From positions 146,630,001-146,694,000 of the forward strand of contig NC_082715.1 in assembly GCF_030144855.1 (NCBI RefSeq): a DNA stretch of 64,000 nucleotides. Direction: 5' to 3'. Made by a program: the position numbers and the translations under genes. Shown here one piece after another: positions 35,039 through 48,400 of the stretch; position 1 is the stretch's first letter, and every line of letters begins with the position of its first letter. The notes under the pieces are model-generated. The model saw nothing but the letters and a program-made list of their open reading frames with translations, had not been told where the DNA came from and searched no databases. This DNA comes from Hypanus sabinus (Eukaryota).

Positions 35039-38000
35039 TCGTTTAATTTTTGATTCTATACGCTTATTTTCACGGGACTCAAATACAGATAAGTGTTCCA
35101 CGAGTTTCTTCAGGATTGGTCAGTTGGAATAAAAGAAAACTGGATTTCTTAATTCGATAATTAAGATCAGAGACTTTTCACGACACAACATTGCATATTG
35201 TGTATGTAGGATTTAGAATCTTAATTGTTATGGAAAAAAAGAAGCAGATCTCGCCGGTCCATACCCGGTCAAGTACCCAACTACCTGCATATTAATCCCA
35301 TTTTCCTACACGTGAGTCGGAGCCAACTTCAGAAAAACATTAACCCAATGAAACATTGCACAGCAAATAATTTCTGGGTTGATACTTAGGAAGGCAATTG
35401 CAATGAAATGTATTCTCTGCTTTTAGTGAACTGTCGGGACTGTGCCACAAATTTTCACCCAGTTATTTCGGTGCTCCGGGCAGAACCATAAATCTTGCCA
35501 TTGCACTTGAATTCAATAAGATAAAAATAAGCTTAACCGACCCAGGGGTGGAAACTCACATTTTACCCAAGAGATTCACACCAAACTATGCCTTTGTCAT
35601 CGGGATGTTGAAAACAAAACCAACTGCTCTGTTTTAAAAGGTTCATCACATCGACATATAGTATCATCCTTTAATCGTGAGCAGCATAAACTTGTTGATC
35701 CATGAAGTATCAGGATTTTATGTGATTGGTACATATTCAATATACCAGACAATTTCTGTTGGTGGAGAAGCAATGAAAATTACAAACTAGCCCTGAATCA
35801 ATGACAAAAAAAATGCGCCATATAATCGCATCAGCGCACTAGGGTCAGATACCGAAATTTATTTTCTGCTTTTTAATTAACTGGTGTTCTAAGAGTTGCT
35901 TCAGTAATGTTCAGAAGTTCTCCGGATTTCTTACTTGCAGAAGTAAACATAACACAGATATAGCACACCCTAATTTAGGAGAGTAAAACCTACCGATGAA
36001 TTACGCATAAGTTAACTGTTGTAAGATACGGAACGGTAACACTTCGAATGCAATGTGGCTGGGAGTTCAGAAGCCTAATGGCCTAAAGGAAGAAACTTTC
36101 TCCTATCCTGACCTTCTTGTGTTTATGCATCGGAGTCGTCTAATTGATTTTTGAAACTCAAAGAGGATGCTGGATGGATGGGTAGGATAAGAGCATAAGA
36201 ACTTAAGACATGGGAGCAGAATTAGTCCATTCCGCCCATCGAGTCTACGCCGCTATTCCATCATGGCTAATCACGGATCCCAGTCAACCTGCCTTCTCGC
36301 CATATCCTTAGATTCCCTGACCAATCCGGAAACTATCAACTTCCGTTTTAAACAATAGCCATGGACTTGCCCTCCATCGGCCTTACGCTCCTCATATGCT
36401 AACCGCTGCATTCTGGGAATCATCCCCGGGACCTATCTCTGGGCACTCTGAAATGACAACACATCCTTTCTGAGACATGGGGGCTGAAAGTGTTTACGCT
36501 ATTCCAAGTGTGGCCTGACAAGTGCCTTATAAAGCCTCGACCTTATCCCCTTGCTTTTATACTCTATTCCCGTTGAAATAAATGTCAACATTACAATTGC
36601 CTTCTTTATCACAGACTCAACCTGTGAATTAATCTTCTGGGAGTCTTATTCGAGTACTTCAACACCTTTATTGTTTCCATTTTGTCCCTATCTAGATAAT
36701 ACACTGCACCATTGTTCCTTTTACTAAATATATTATCATACATTTCCAAAGATTGTATTCCAACTGCCACCTTTTTGCCCGTTCTTCCAATTTGTCTATC
36801 TCCTGAAGCAATCGCATTGCTCCTTCATCACTACCTACCCCTCGACCTATCTTCGTATCATCCTTTCTCACAAAGCCATCACTTCCATTATCTAAATCTT
36901 TGACAAACATTGTGAAAAGTAACGATCCCAATACTGGCCCCTGAGGAACACCAGTCGTTACTGGCAGCCAACCAGAAAAGACCCTCTATATGCCCACTCG
37001 CTGCATCCTGCCTGTCAGCCATTCCTCGATCCTTAGCAGTATCGTTCCTGTAACATTATAGGATTTTATCTTGCTAAGCAACCTCATGAGTGGCGCCTGA
37101 TAAAACATTCTGATAATCCAAGTAAATGACATGCGCTACCTCTCCATTCTCCATCCTGCTTGTGGCGTCCTCGGAGAGCTCTGATAGGTTTGTCAGGAAA
37201 GACAAATACAGAGCCATGTTGACACTTATTTTATCACCAGTCTCCAAGAACCTTGAAAACTCCTCCCGATTAATTGTCTCTAAAACATTACCTACTACTG
37301 AGGTTAAGCTAACTGGTCTATGATTTCCTTTCTTTCGACTTCCTTACTTCTTAGAGAGTGGAACGAAGTTCGCAATTTTATTGTCCTCCGTGTCCATTCC
37401 AGAAACAAATGATTCTGTGAATTCGTGAAAGATCATGACTAATGCATTCGGTATCTTCCCAGCAAACACTTTCAGGACTCAGGTATATTATACATTTGGT
37501 CCAGGTGATTTATTCAGCTTTAGGAATTTCAGTTTCCCTAGCACATCTTTCCTTTGTAATACCAATGGTACTCACTCCTGCTCCCTGACACTCTGACTCT
37601 GGCACACTGCTCATGTCCTCCACAGTGAAGGCTGATGGAAATTACTCATTACGTACATCTGCCATTTCATGGAAACCCATTAGTGCCTCGCCAGCATCAC
37701 TTTCCTGTGACCTCTCACCTCCCTTTGACTCTCTGGATAACTGGAAAATCTTTTAGTATCCTACTTTATATTATTGGCTAGTTTGCCCACATATTTCATC
37801 TTTTCCTTTCTTATAGCTTTTTAGTTGCCTTTTGTTCGATTTTAACAGCTTCTCAATCATTCAACTTCCCACCTACTTTTGCAACCTTATATTCCCTTTT
37901 CTTGACTTTTATGTTGTCCTCCCTTGTCAGCCACGGTTGCCTGCCCGTGCTATTTGAGAACAACTTCTTCTCTGAGTCATATTTATCCTGCGCCATGTGA

Positions 38001-41000
38001 ACTTTTCCCAGAAACTTCGGCCACCTCTGCTCTATCGTCATACCTGCTAGAATCCTCCTCCAATCCGCCTGGGAAAGCTCCTCTCTCATGCTTCTGTAAT
38101 TCCCTTCACTGCATTGCGTTACTGATACATGTGACTCATGCTTCTCCCTTTCAAATTGCAGTATGATTTCAATCATATCATGATCACTGCCTTCTCAGGG
38201 TTCCTTGACGTTAAGTTCCCTAATAAGATCTGGATTATTACCAGATAACCTGTCTGAGATAACCTTTCCCCGAGTAGACTCAAGCACAAGCTATTCTAAA
38301 AATCCATATCGTCGGCATTCTGCAAATTCCCTCTTTTGTGATCCAGCATCAACCTGATTTTCCCAATCCTCTTGCATGATGAAGGCCCCCATTACAATTG
38401 TGACATTATACATTTCACATTCACTTTCTAGCTCCCTTTGCAATCTCAACCACATATCTTGGCTATTATTTGGAGGCCTATATATGATTCCCATGGTGCA
38501 TTATTTGTTATCCCTGCAGTTTCGTAACTCCACCCACAAAGATTCCGACTATGGGTTTCTTTCAGCCAAGGCTCAATGATACCCATGATATTATACAATC
38601 ACTAATTGCGCATATTGGCGATGGCTGTTGTATTAAAACCGCAGGGTCGATTGTAGCCAATAACAAAACGACCTTCGGCAAATGGAAAGGTGAGACTAGG
38701 TATGGCTGCATCAGGTAGGGCACTTTGATTAGACTTGTTGCTGAAATTCTCCTGTAGAGTTCTTATTGACTTTACCCTTCCCCTTCTCTTTTGTTTTCCT
38801 TGAAGTGCAGGGGAGGGAGTGGACATTAGGGATGTGCCCTGTAAGTATTTTGAGGGTGAAGGAGGAAATGGCCTCCTGGGGTGTGCTCAGGTTTACGCTC
38901 TTCTCCGTAATAATGATATGGTCACTGAATGTTCCCTCTATCCCGGAAGTAGTATCTTCATCTAAATATTTCCGATACAAAGAAAGGTGTGGAGCCAAAT
39001 AGACTAGCCTAAACCTAGTATCTAGCAATCTACCTTGTAGGTGCACACCTCTCCCTCAGGCAGACAGTCTCCAGGGAACTTGTTCAGTTTGATGATTACA
39101 TTTCCTTGCTGAGATGTTGGTGTAGCAGAACGCTGAGAATGCGATTGACCTGAGGAATGAGGTTGGTTTGATGACTTTGTTACTGACCCGAAGTTCCTGA
39201 ATTCCCTTTAGAGGGAAATGGGGAGGGCTCTGTACCGGCACATCGTTGCCCAATTCTACGTATGACCGTCAACTGTCCATTCCTCTCCATACATGCTAGA
39301 AGAACCCGCAAAGTTCCTGCAGCTTTTTGAGTGTTCGCCGTATAGGTATTATAATAATTAGGAAAGCAAAATCAATTGCGTGGAGAATTAAATACTCGGT
39401 TTTGCTTCGGATACTAGAGTCTATTCAGGTCTGGACACGGGAGTCGGGACAATAGTGGACGAGGTTGTTGGGCAGCAAAAAAAAGAGGATTTGCGAGATG
39501 TTCAATGTGGAACTGACATGGGCAAGGGCAATTGAACCGCAGCTGCAAGAACGCTAATCACTGTCAGCTAACGCTGGCTATCCGCAGTAAGTTCATGGAC
39601 TGCAGCTGTTAAGCAGAACTGGCAGACACCTGATTCGATTGTTTGTGGTGAGCTGCTGAATTGTTCCTGCATGAAATGACATCTGTTCCTCCAATTGAGT
39701 CTGAGCTTGTTGAAACGAGATTATCTGACGCATTACTTCTGTCACTTCTCCTAAAACAGATTCGATCGCCTGTAACTTCTACCCTATCTGGACAATGAAT
39801 CTCAGGGACAAGGTCAGCTGTTCTCTCTCTGCTGTATCAATTTTAGTGGGCGGGACTCGCAGTCAGAAGTTTCCTATGTGGTCCAAGTGTGCCGAGGGGG
39901 AGAAACACCGAAGTGGGTCGAGAACTGCCAACAGGGCCGTTAACTAAAACTCTCAAACTGAAAGTTAAATTCCACCACTGCTCCTGGAAGCAATACTCTG
40001 ATACGAACTAAATATCTAACCTTTCCAGCGTCAGTCGAAAGGGTAGACCTCTCTCCCTGACAGGAACAGGTTGCGTAGGCTGCGTATCGTTGCTTTGGGT
40101 CAAGTCTCAACAATTTTGTCATCAGCAAAATTGGGGACCTATTGCTCAGCCAAACTGCGGAGCCGCAAGGACTCCCCAGCAGAGTAGGTGGTTGTGAGAC
40201 GTTTACCATCTCATCCATATTCCCTGGCTCCAGACATAAATTCCCTTTAGTTGCCAATCTCTCACTAGCGACTCTGGTTTCAACGCATCAATAAACTGCT
40301 CCGATATTCTGTATTCCAATAGGCAAGGACATTTCCTGGCCTCTCTTATTCTGAATTTTCCCCCTTTTCTTCTATCTCCCATCCGATTTCAGGTTGTAAA
40401 ACTTTGCATATGCCTCCTTTTCCTTTTTGATCAAATTTGAAACATCTCTCATCATCCGAGCTTTTGTTACCTCGCTATCCTCATCTTTGATCCTTAAAGG
40501 ATTACGTTGGCCTTGATTTCTGACCTTCACGGAGCTTTCACATGTTAAGTGTGTACTTACATGAGAACGACTGCTCCCTATCTACTCTCCGCGAGACTGG
40601 TTAAGTACTATTTCCCAGCTTAGCACAATTTGTCTAACAAATTATGCTTAATCAAACCGTTGGGCATTCAAGAAGACTCAATTAATGTTACGGATTCTAA
40701 AGTTACCCACTGCAATCAGGCTGTTCCTTTTGTATTTCCCATGTTCAATTACCTTATTTGCTCCACGATCTCTCCTCGTCTGTACCTAGACTATGTGTAT
40801 ACTGATTTTAACTTTTCTATGCTTCATTTGTGCCCATGGAGATTCACAGGATGAGCCCTCCATCAGTTTGAATCTGTGGTTCAGAAGGCATATGGTGCAC
40901 TGGCCTTCATCAATAGTGCGATTGAGTTTAGCAGCCGGGAGGTAATGTAGCAGCCATAGAGGACCCTGGTCAGAGCGCAATTGGAGTACTCTGCTCAGGT

Positions 41001-41177
41001 TTTGGTCGCCTCATTTTAGGAAGGACGTGGAAACCATAGAAATGATGCAGAGGAGGTTTACATGGATGTTTAAAAACGCAAACAAGAGGAAATCTGCAGA
41101 TGCTATAAATTCAAGCAACACACACAAAATGCTGGTGGAACGCAGTAAGCCAGACATTATCTATAGGAAGAAGCACC

Positions 41178-41211
41178 GTCGACGATTCGGGCCGAGACCC
41201 TTCGTCAGGAC
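41178..41211 (-). ncRNA. Degenerate minimal hammerhead ribozyme motif (left arm)
   Basis: GTC-CTGACGA-AGGGTCTCGGCCC-GAAT-C-GTC-GAC: CUGANGA core, stem II hairpin, GAAA changed to GAAT, GUC cleavage triplet, 3-bp stem I. Confidence 0.6.
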
Positions 41212-41479
41212 TAACTGAAAGGAAAGATAGTAAGAGATTTGAAAGTGGGAGGGGACAGATCCGAAATGATAGCAGACGACAGGAGTGGGAGAGATAAAGC
41301 TAAGAGCTGGAAAGTTGATTGGCAAAAGGGATGCAAGGCTGGAGAAGGGAGAGGATCGTGGGACGGGAGGCCTATGGAGAAAGAAAGTGGGAGGGGAGCA
41401 CAGAGGAAGATGGAGAGCAGGAGAGCAGGCAAGAAGTGATTGTGAGAGGGACAGAGAGAGAGAAAAATGAGAGAGGGGA

Positions 41480-41637
41480 NNNNNNNNNNNNNNNNNNNNN
41501 NNNNNNNNNNNNNNNNNNNNNNNNNNNNNNNNNNNNNNNNNNNNNNNNNNNNNNNNNNNNNNNNNNNNNNNNNNNNNNNNNNNNNNNNNNNNNNNNNNNN
41601 NNNNNNNNNNNNNNNNNNNNNNNNNNNNNNNNNNNNN
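41480..41637. other. Assembly gap (N run) inside the Penelope element
   Basis: Run of N. Confidence 0.99.
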
Positions 41638-42372
41638 GGGAAGGCGGGGCACTAACGGAAGTTAGAGTGGTCAATATTCATGCCATCAGGTTGGAGGCTA
41701 CCCAGAAGGAATATAAGGTGTTGTTCCTCCAACCTGATTGTGGCTTCATTTTGACAGTAGAGGAGGCCATGGATAGACATATCAGAACGGGAATGGGACG
41801 TGGAATTAAAATGTGTGACCACTGGGAGATCCTGCTTTCTCTGGCGTTCAGAGCGTAGATGTTCAGCAAAACGGTCTCCCAGACTGCGTCGTGTCTCACC
41901 AAGGCCGCACTGGGAGCACCTGACGCAGTATATCACACCAGCCGACTCACAGGTGAACTGTAGCCTCACCTAGAAGGACTGTTTGCGGCCCTGAATGGTG
42001 GTGAGGGAGGAAGTGTAAGGGCATATGTAGCACTTACCTCTCCTCCCCTTCTTATCCCACCGCTAGTTTGCTTATTTGTTTGTTTGTTTATTTATTTATT
42101 ATTCCTTTTTTCTCTCTCTTTTCTCTCTCTGTCCCTCTCACTATAACTCCTTGCCTCTCTCCATCTACCTCTGGTGCTCACCTCACCCTTTCTTTCTCCC
42201 TAGGCCTCTCGTCCCATGATCCTCTCCCTTTTCCATCCTTGCATCGCTTTTGTCAATCAACTTTCCAGCTCTTAGCTTTATCCCTCCCCCTCCTGTCTTC
42301 CTTCTCCTATCATTTCGGATCTCCCCCACACCCTCCCACATTCAAATCTCTTACTACCTCTTCTTTCAGTTA

Positions 42373-42406
42373 GTTCTGACGAAGGGTCTTGGCCCAAAAC
42401 GTCGAC
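42373..42406 (+). ncRNA. Degenerate minimal hammerhead ribozyme motif (right arm)
   Basis: GTT-CTGACGA-AGGGTCTTGGCCC-AAAA-C-GTC-GAC: same core with GAAA changed to AAAA. Confidence 0.6.
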
Positions 42407-45400
42407 AGTGCTTCTTCCTATGGATGCTGTCTGGTCTGCTGCTTTCCACTAGCATTTTGTGTGTGCTGCTTACAAGGGTGTTGCCTGGATTGGGGAGCAT
42501 GCCTTATGAAAACAGGTTGCATGAACTCGGTCTTTTCTGCTTGGAGCGACGGAGGATGAGAGGTGACCCAATATAGGTGTATAAGATGCTGAGAGTCATT
42601 GATCGTGTGCATAGTCAAAGGCTTTTTCCCAGGTCTGAAATGGCTAGCATGAGAGGGCACAGTTTGAAGGTGCTTGGAAGTAGGTACAGAGATGTCAGGG
42701 GTAAGTTTTTAACGCAGAAGGTGGTGAGTGCGTGCCAAGGGTTGCCGGCGACGGTGGTGGAGGCGGATACGATAGGGTCTTTTAAGAGACTCCTGGATTG
42801 GCACTGTACATGGAGCTTAAGAAAATACCGGGCTATGGGTAACCCTAGGTAATTTCTAAGGTAAGGACATGTTCGTCTCACCCTTGTGGGCCGAAAGTCC
42901 TGTATTGTGCTGTAGGTTTTCTATGTTTATATGTCTGTCACTATTGCTTCGGATAAGTCTTAGGATACCCTACACCATCACGAGAAGTGCTCCAGTTGGT
43001 CGAGGCGGCTTAGCACGAGCCTTTCTTTTCTCCGATGGAGCCGCGGTGTCAATGAGCAGTCATGAGTTTAGCCGGAGACTGAGTGAGAGTGACTGAGAGG
43101 GAGAGTGAGAGTGAGAGTGTGACAAAGTGAGATAGCGAGAGAGTGAGAAGGGGAGAAAGAGAGACAGAGAGAGAGAGTGCTCTGTATTGTACAGCTGAGG
43201 GAAATTCAAAGTTCGATGTTCAAAAGACGTTTATTATTAAATCATGTATACTAAATGCAACCTTGAGATGCGTCTCCTTACAGGAAGCCACAAAACAAAG
43301 AAATCCCATAAAACTCATTAAAAACGAAGAGCGTCAAACACACATTGTGCACGGGGGGAAAGAAACAAATCGTCCAAACAATCAAAGTAAGCAAATGATA
43401 TTCAGAACTGAAGTTTACGTAACTGTGTTCAGCGCTGCGAAGCCAATCATCACTGCGGCCGGTTCAGGAGTCCGATAGTTGCAGGCCAGAGCCTCACAGT
43501 CCAGTGCAGAGACGAGTAAACATCGCAGAGCAGCAAGCGGAATGCCGATCATTCTCACCACCCCCCCCCCCCCCCACCACCAGGCACCCTGGCATTTTCA
43601 ATCCCGGCCGGCGCTTAAATTGGCCAAACAATGTATTATTCCTCGTTCCTGGAACAGGGCCCTGCCGGTTCGATACTCTGCCGTCTCGACTCTGCTTCTC
43701 CACGGATCTCCCATTTCGAATTGATTCCAAGATCGCTCCAGCAATAATCAAACATTGGCATTTCCCCCGCTCTCTTGCTCCGGATTGACCTCCTCGATTC
43801 AAACTGTACACAACCCGCCGCAACGGTCCTGCACCTTCGAGTCTTCAGATCATATCTCAAAAATGCCAAGTCGCACAGCGGTTTCAAAGGCTGAACTCCG
43901 AAACGAAAAATACAGGCTATTGATGTCAGTGATCGTTTTCAAGAAAAGGTGTGGCTAATAGAGTACTTAATCGTGCTTGTTGCCATCAAGTCGTCACTGC
44001 TCTTCGCCATGGCCATCCTCATTTGGAAACGAGTCAATAGCCCCATTACTGCAGGGCTGGGGTCATATATAAGCCTTACTGGGAAAGGATAGCAGAGTTT
44101 ACCCCCTAACGTCAATTAATGAGCCATATAAGCTTCGTGAGATGTGGTAAATATATGATTATCATCATTTAGATGTCTTCTTTACTTTTTATATCCGCAA
44201 TAAAAATTGTTTTTTTTACCATGAATAGCGGTATTTACATCCAGTGGAGTTGAGTAAGTGACTATGTTGGTGTGAGTCTGCGGCTGGAAGCAAAACCGAT
44301 CATGAAACTCTTTTAGGGCAGTGTATAAACTGTCCTTGGAACAGTACTGAGATATCCCAAAAAGTAGCGACTTCCTGACACCAAGTTTAGAGATATGCAT
44401 TTCTGGCAAATACATCGGTAAATGAAGTAATATGATTGAAATCTGGAAAGAAATAAAATTAAAGTGTTCTTTCAAGTCAACTTAGGTTGTCAAGTAAAGT
44501 AGAGACAGTGCACCTGTGGAGGTCACAAATGCATTCCACCAACTACAAAGTATATTTCGAGTATAATAGAATGCCTTCCTCAATCCTTTAGGGAAAAAAA
44601 CACTAAAAAAGCACGGCGTCGTCGGGGTGGGGGGTAGGGGGGGGAAGCCTTCTACTTCAGTGGTAAGCTTTAACATTGTTAAATATTATACAAGACAAGT
44701 TTTATCACTGCATCTTGGTACATGTATCAATAATACACCAATTCGAACCGATCAAGAATAATGGCTGCAATGTGTATAAGCTCTAAAATTCTTTGCAGTT
44801 AATGAATAATCACAACGCACCTGCCAAATGGCGACTTTTAACAACAAGAAAGACAATTGTTACAAGTACGTGGGAACACCGACACCAGCGCTAACAACTG
44901 TAATCCTTCCAAAATTGTGAAAAAATATTTTCCTTCTTTCATTTTCTCTACGGCCAGTGATGGCAATTCCTCCTCAATAATACAGAGGGAGTCCGGTAAC
45001 AGAAGAACTACAGCGCTGTAGGAGATCCGCTCACAACTATCCCTTCAAGGCGAATTAAAAACGGCCAATAACCGCAGGCTTGCTCAGCAACACGTAAGTC
45101 GCCAAAACAAGCGGGACACGAGTGCAAGGGTCAAAACAAATTAACGCTGTCGATAATTTGACTTACTTAAGTGTAGTTCCAGGATTCAATAAATTCAATA
45201 ATTTAGTGACAACTTAGAAAAAAGCATATTTTCTTAAGGTTACGCTGTCTGCATGGAAATAAGTCGCCACAACCGTGCTCAATAAACGGAAAATGCTGGC
45301 GTTTTACTAGAGTCAGGAGCCGATGACATTGGAAATTGGCCTTAAACCCCAGAACTAAATTTTGACATAATTCGGTTAATGACGTAGAGTTCCTGCAGCA

Positions 45401-48400
45401 GACTAGAAAAAGTAAATGTGTGGTATAATTTCCTCAAAGCATTGCAGTAAGCATTACGGTCCGACACTCGTCTGTGAGAAGCGGAGGGTTGGACATGGGG
45501 CTAGCAACCACAACCTGTAAAAACCCTAAGCCACAGAAACGTCAAAAGAAGCCCTAAAGACCACATCCCTCGGCAGGAATGATCTTCACCTAAAAGACAT
45601 ATGAAGTCGGGTGGTGAAAGCGGAATGAATAGGGACGATCATCCTTCGGCCCGGGACTGAGGCCTCTGCCGAGCTGCTCTCAGCGGCCTGTGGGGTTGAT
45701 GTGCTTAAGAAGAAGAAGGATGGATTTCAGTTTTACGAGTCTGAAAATCACTGTCTCGTGTGCAGGTTGAAATTCCTGCATGAACACTTTCTTTCATGTA
45801 GGGCTAACCTTTGCCAACGCACTCCCATTATCACGGGAAAATATCGGTGTCTCTTTAAACGCCTGTTTTGCTCTTCTTCCAATGAAACGGGCACATGTTC
45901 GCCTCTACTTGAGTCCAACAGTCCATTCTTCTGCTGCCTCCCTGGCAAACTTGCATTACTGTTTGGAGGCCTTATGCCACTTATCTCTCCTATGCCATGG
46001 AAAGTTTGCTAATGGAAAATCTTCACTGTAAGTGCAATTACCTGCGAGCTTTGAAACCGCACCACTCACCACTCCCAATAATTCTCGTGCTATTCCGGTC
46101 TAATGTTATGTACAAAGATATCATTTGAACCTGGAGTTCCATGCCGGCCTGGAAAGTGCCAGAGGAAATGAATGCTTCTGCCACCACATGACTTAAAGTT
46201 AAAGCTTTTAAGCATCGCCGCAATCATCATTCCTATAGGCAGGCTAGTCTTGGTGAAGATGGGGATCTGTGGTGGAGGAGTGTATTCTTACATATAGCAG
46301 CTGGAAATTTTGAATTGAATTGAATTGAATTAACTTAATTTCTTACATCATTCATATACATGAGGAATAAAGATCTTTACATTACGTCTCCATCTGTGTG
46401 TAATGTGCAAATTATAATAAACAGTATGTATAACAGGACTATCAATATTACATAGAAATACAATTGCTTCAGCATGAATTAATCAGTCTAATTTTCCTGG
46501 TGGCTAATCTATCCCTGAACCTGTTGGTCCTGGCTTTTAAGCTGCAGTACCGTTTCCCAGGTCATAGTAGCTGGAAAATTTTGTGTTCAGGGTGACTCGG
46601 GTCCCCAATAATTCTTCGAGTCTTTTGTACACACCTGTCATTGTAAATGTGCTAAATAGTGAGAAGTTCACAGATGCGCTGAGCTGTCCACTCCAATCTC
46701 TGCAGAGTCCTGTGATTGAGGGAAGTACTGTTCCCATACCAGGCAGTGATGCAGCCAGTCAGGATGCTCTCAATTGTGCCCCTGTAGAAAATTCTTAGCA
46801 TTTGGGGGCGCATACTAAATGAAAATATACTTGGAGAACTCAACCGTCTAGATACTTTGTTTCTGCTCCATGTGGCGGTTCAGGACTACTTCCTTACTCT
46901 ATGTGGATGGCTTTGCCTAATTAGCCTACTTTGACCCCTACTACTGAAATTCTAGCACGATAAGCCCTGAGTCTTAATTTAAAAGAACTCCACTTTTGAT
47001 AAATATCTGCATCTGAGGATTTCTGTAGTTAGCTGATAAACATCAATCCACAGACTAAAGGTCACTTCGAAATTACTGCCTTTCAGCCTTTCTTCCTTCT
47101 TTGGAGAAGGAAGTCGGAGGATCAGAATGGGAGTGCAGAGGGAGCCATCTTGATTTTTTCTTCTGATCGGAATTAAGAGAGGCGGGACTCCGCAGGCGTG
47201 TGACGTCGGGCAGTGAGGTGGGGAAGATTTAAAAAGGACACAGCCTTATACAGCGGGCAGCATCGTTTGCGGGCAGCGGAGTGAGCTGGGAGCAGATTCA
47301 AGGCTTAAGGGCTTTGGGTCAACGGGCTTAGGGGGAAACGGGCGAGGCAAGGCAGGTTTAGGTTTCAGTTTTCCAATTATTTGAGGAAAGGGGGAGGTAT
47401 GAGTGTGAAGGCAGCTTGTTGTTCTCGGTGCCGGATGTGGGAGGTCCTGGAGTCTCCTGGCCTCCCGGAAATCCACATCTGCGCCAGGTGCGCCGAGATG
47501 CAGCTCCTAAAGGACCGTGTTAGGGAACTGGAGCTTCAGCTTGATGACCTTCCTCTGGTCAGGGAGAGTGAGGAGTTGATAGAGAGGAGTTACAGGCATG
47601 TGGTCACACCAGGGCCACGGGAGGCAGACAGGTGGGTCAGGGTTAGGAGAGGGAAGGGGAAGAGTCAGGTACTAGAGAGCACCCCAGTGGCTGTACCCCT
47701 TGACAATAAGTACTCCTGTCTGAGTACTGTTGGGGGGAGGGGGACAGCCTACCTGAAGGAAGCAACAGTGGTCATGCCTCCGGCACAGAGTCCAACCCTG
47801 CATCTCAGAAGGGTAGGGAAAGGAAGTGGAAGGCAGTAGTAGTAGGGGACTCAATAGTTATGGGGTCAGATAGGCGATTCTGTGGACGCGATCAGAAGAC
47901 CCGGATGATAGTTTGCCTCACTAGTGCTAGGGTCCGGGATGTTTCAGATCACGTCCAAGATATCCTGAAGTAGTAGGGGGAGGAGCCAGAGGACGTGGTA
48001 CATATAGGTAACAACGACATAGATAGAAAAAGGGAAGAGGTCCTGAAGGGAGAATATAGGGAGTATAGGATGGAAGTTGAGAAGATGAACCGCAACGGTG
48101 GTAATCTCGGGATTACTGCCTGTGCCACGCCACAGTGAGAGTAGGAATGGAATAAGGTGGAGGATAAATGCGTGGCTGAGGGATTGGAGCAGGGGGCAGG
48201 GATTCAAGTTTCTGTATCAGTGGGACCACTTTTGGGGCGGGTGTGACCTTTACAAAAAGGACGGGTTACACTTGAATCCTAGGGGGAGCCAATACCCTGG
48301 CTGGGAGATTTGCTAAGGCTACTGGGAGGACTTTAAACTAGAACGGTTGGAGGAGTGGGAATCAATTTGAAGAGACGAGGGGAGAGGAGGTTAGTTCACA

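Larger units (their letters stand above)
21150..39400. repeat. Segmental duplication unit 2 (contains IgL cluster 2)
   Basis: Collinear with units 1 and 3. Boundaries approximate. Confidence 0.85.
41071..42469 (-). mobile_element. Penelope-like retroelement fragment: GIY-YIG endonuclease between inverted terminal arms
   Basis: ORF 41652-41969 reads VIYCVRCSQC...GETRRSLGDRFAEHLRS...HFNS...LEEQHLIF.LGSLQPDGMN. The arms at about 41120-41478 and 42095-42465 are reverse complements. Flanked by the 13-bp near-duplicates TTACATGGATGTT and TTACAAGGGTGTT. Confidence 0.85.
40870..42915 (+). mobile_element. CR1 3' fragment interrupted by a Penelope-like element
   Basis: CR1 RT C-terminal sequence breaks after ...QRRFTWM (41070) and resumes at ...LPGLGSMPYENRLHELGLFCLERRRMRGD (42470 onward). 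Confidence 0.8.

Noticed and set aside
41211-41858. Cluster of overlapping low-complexity ORFs
   Set aside because: They arise from purine-rich Penelope terminal sequence and translation across an N gap.
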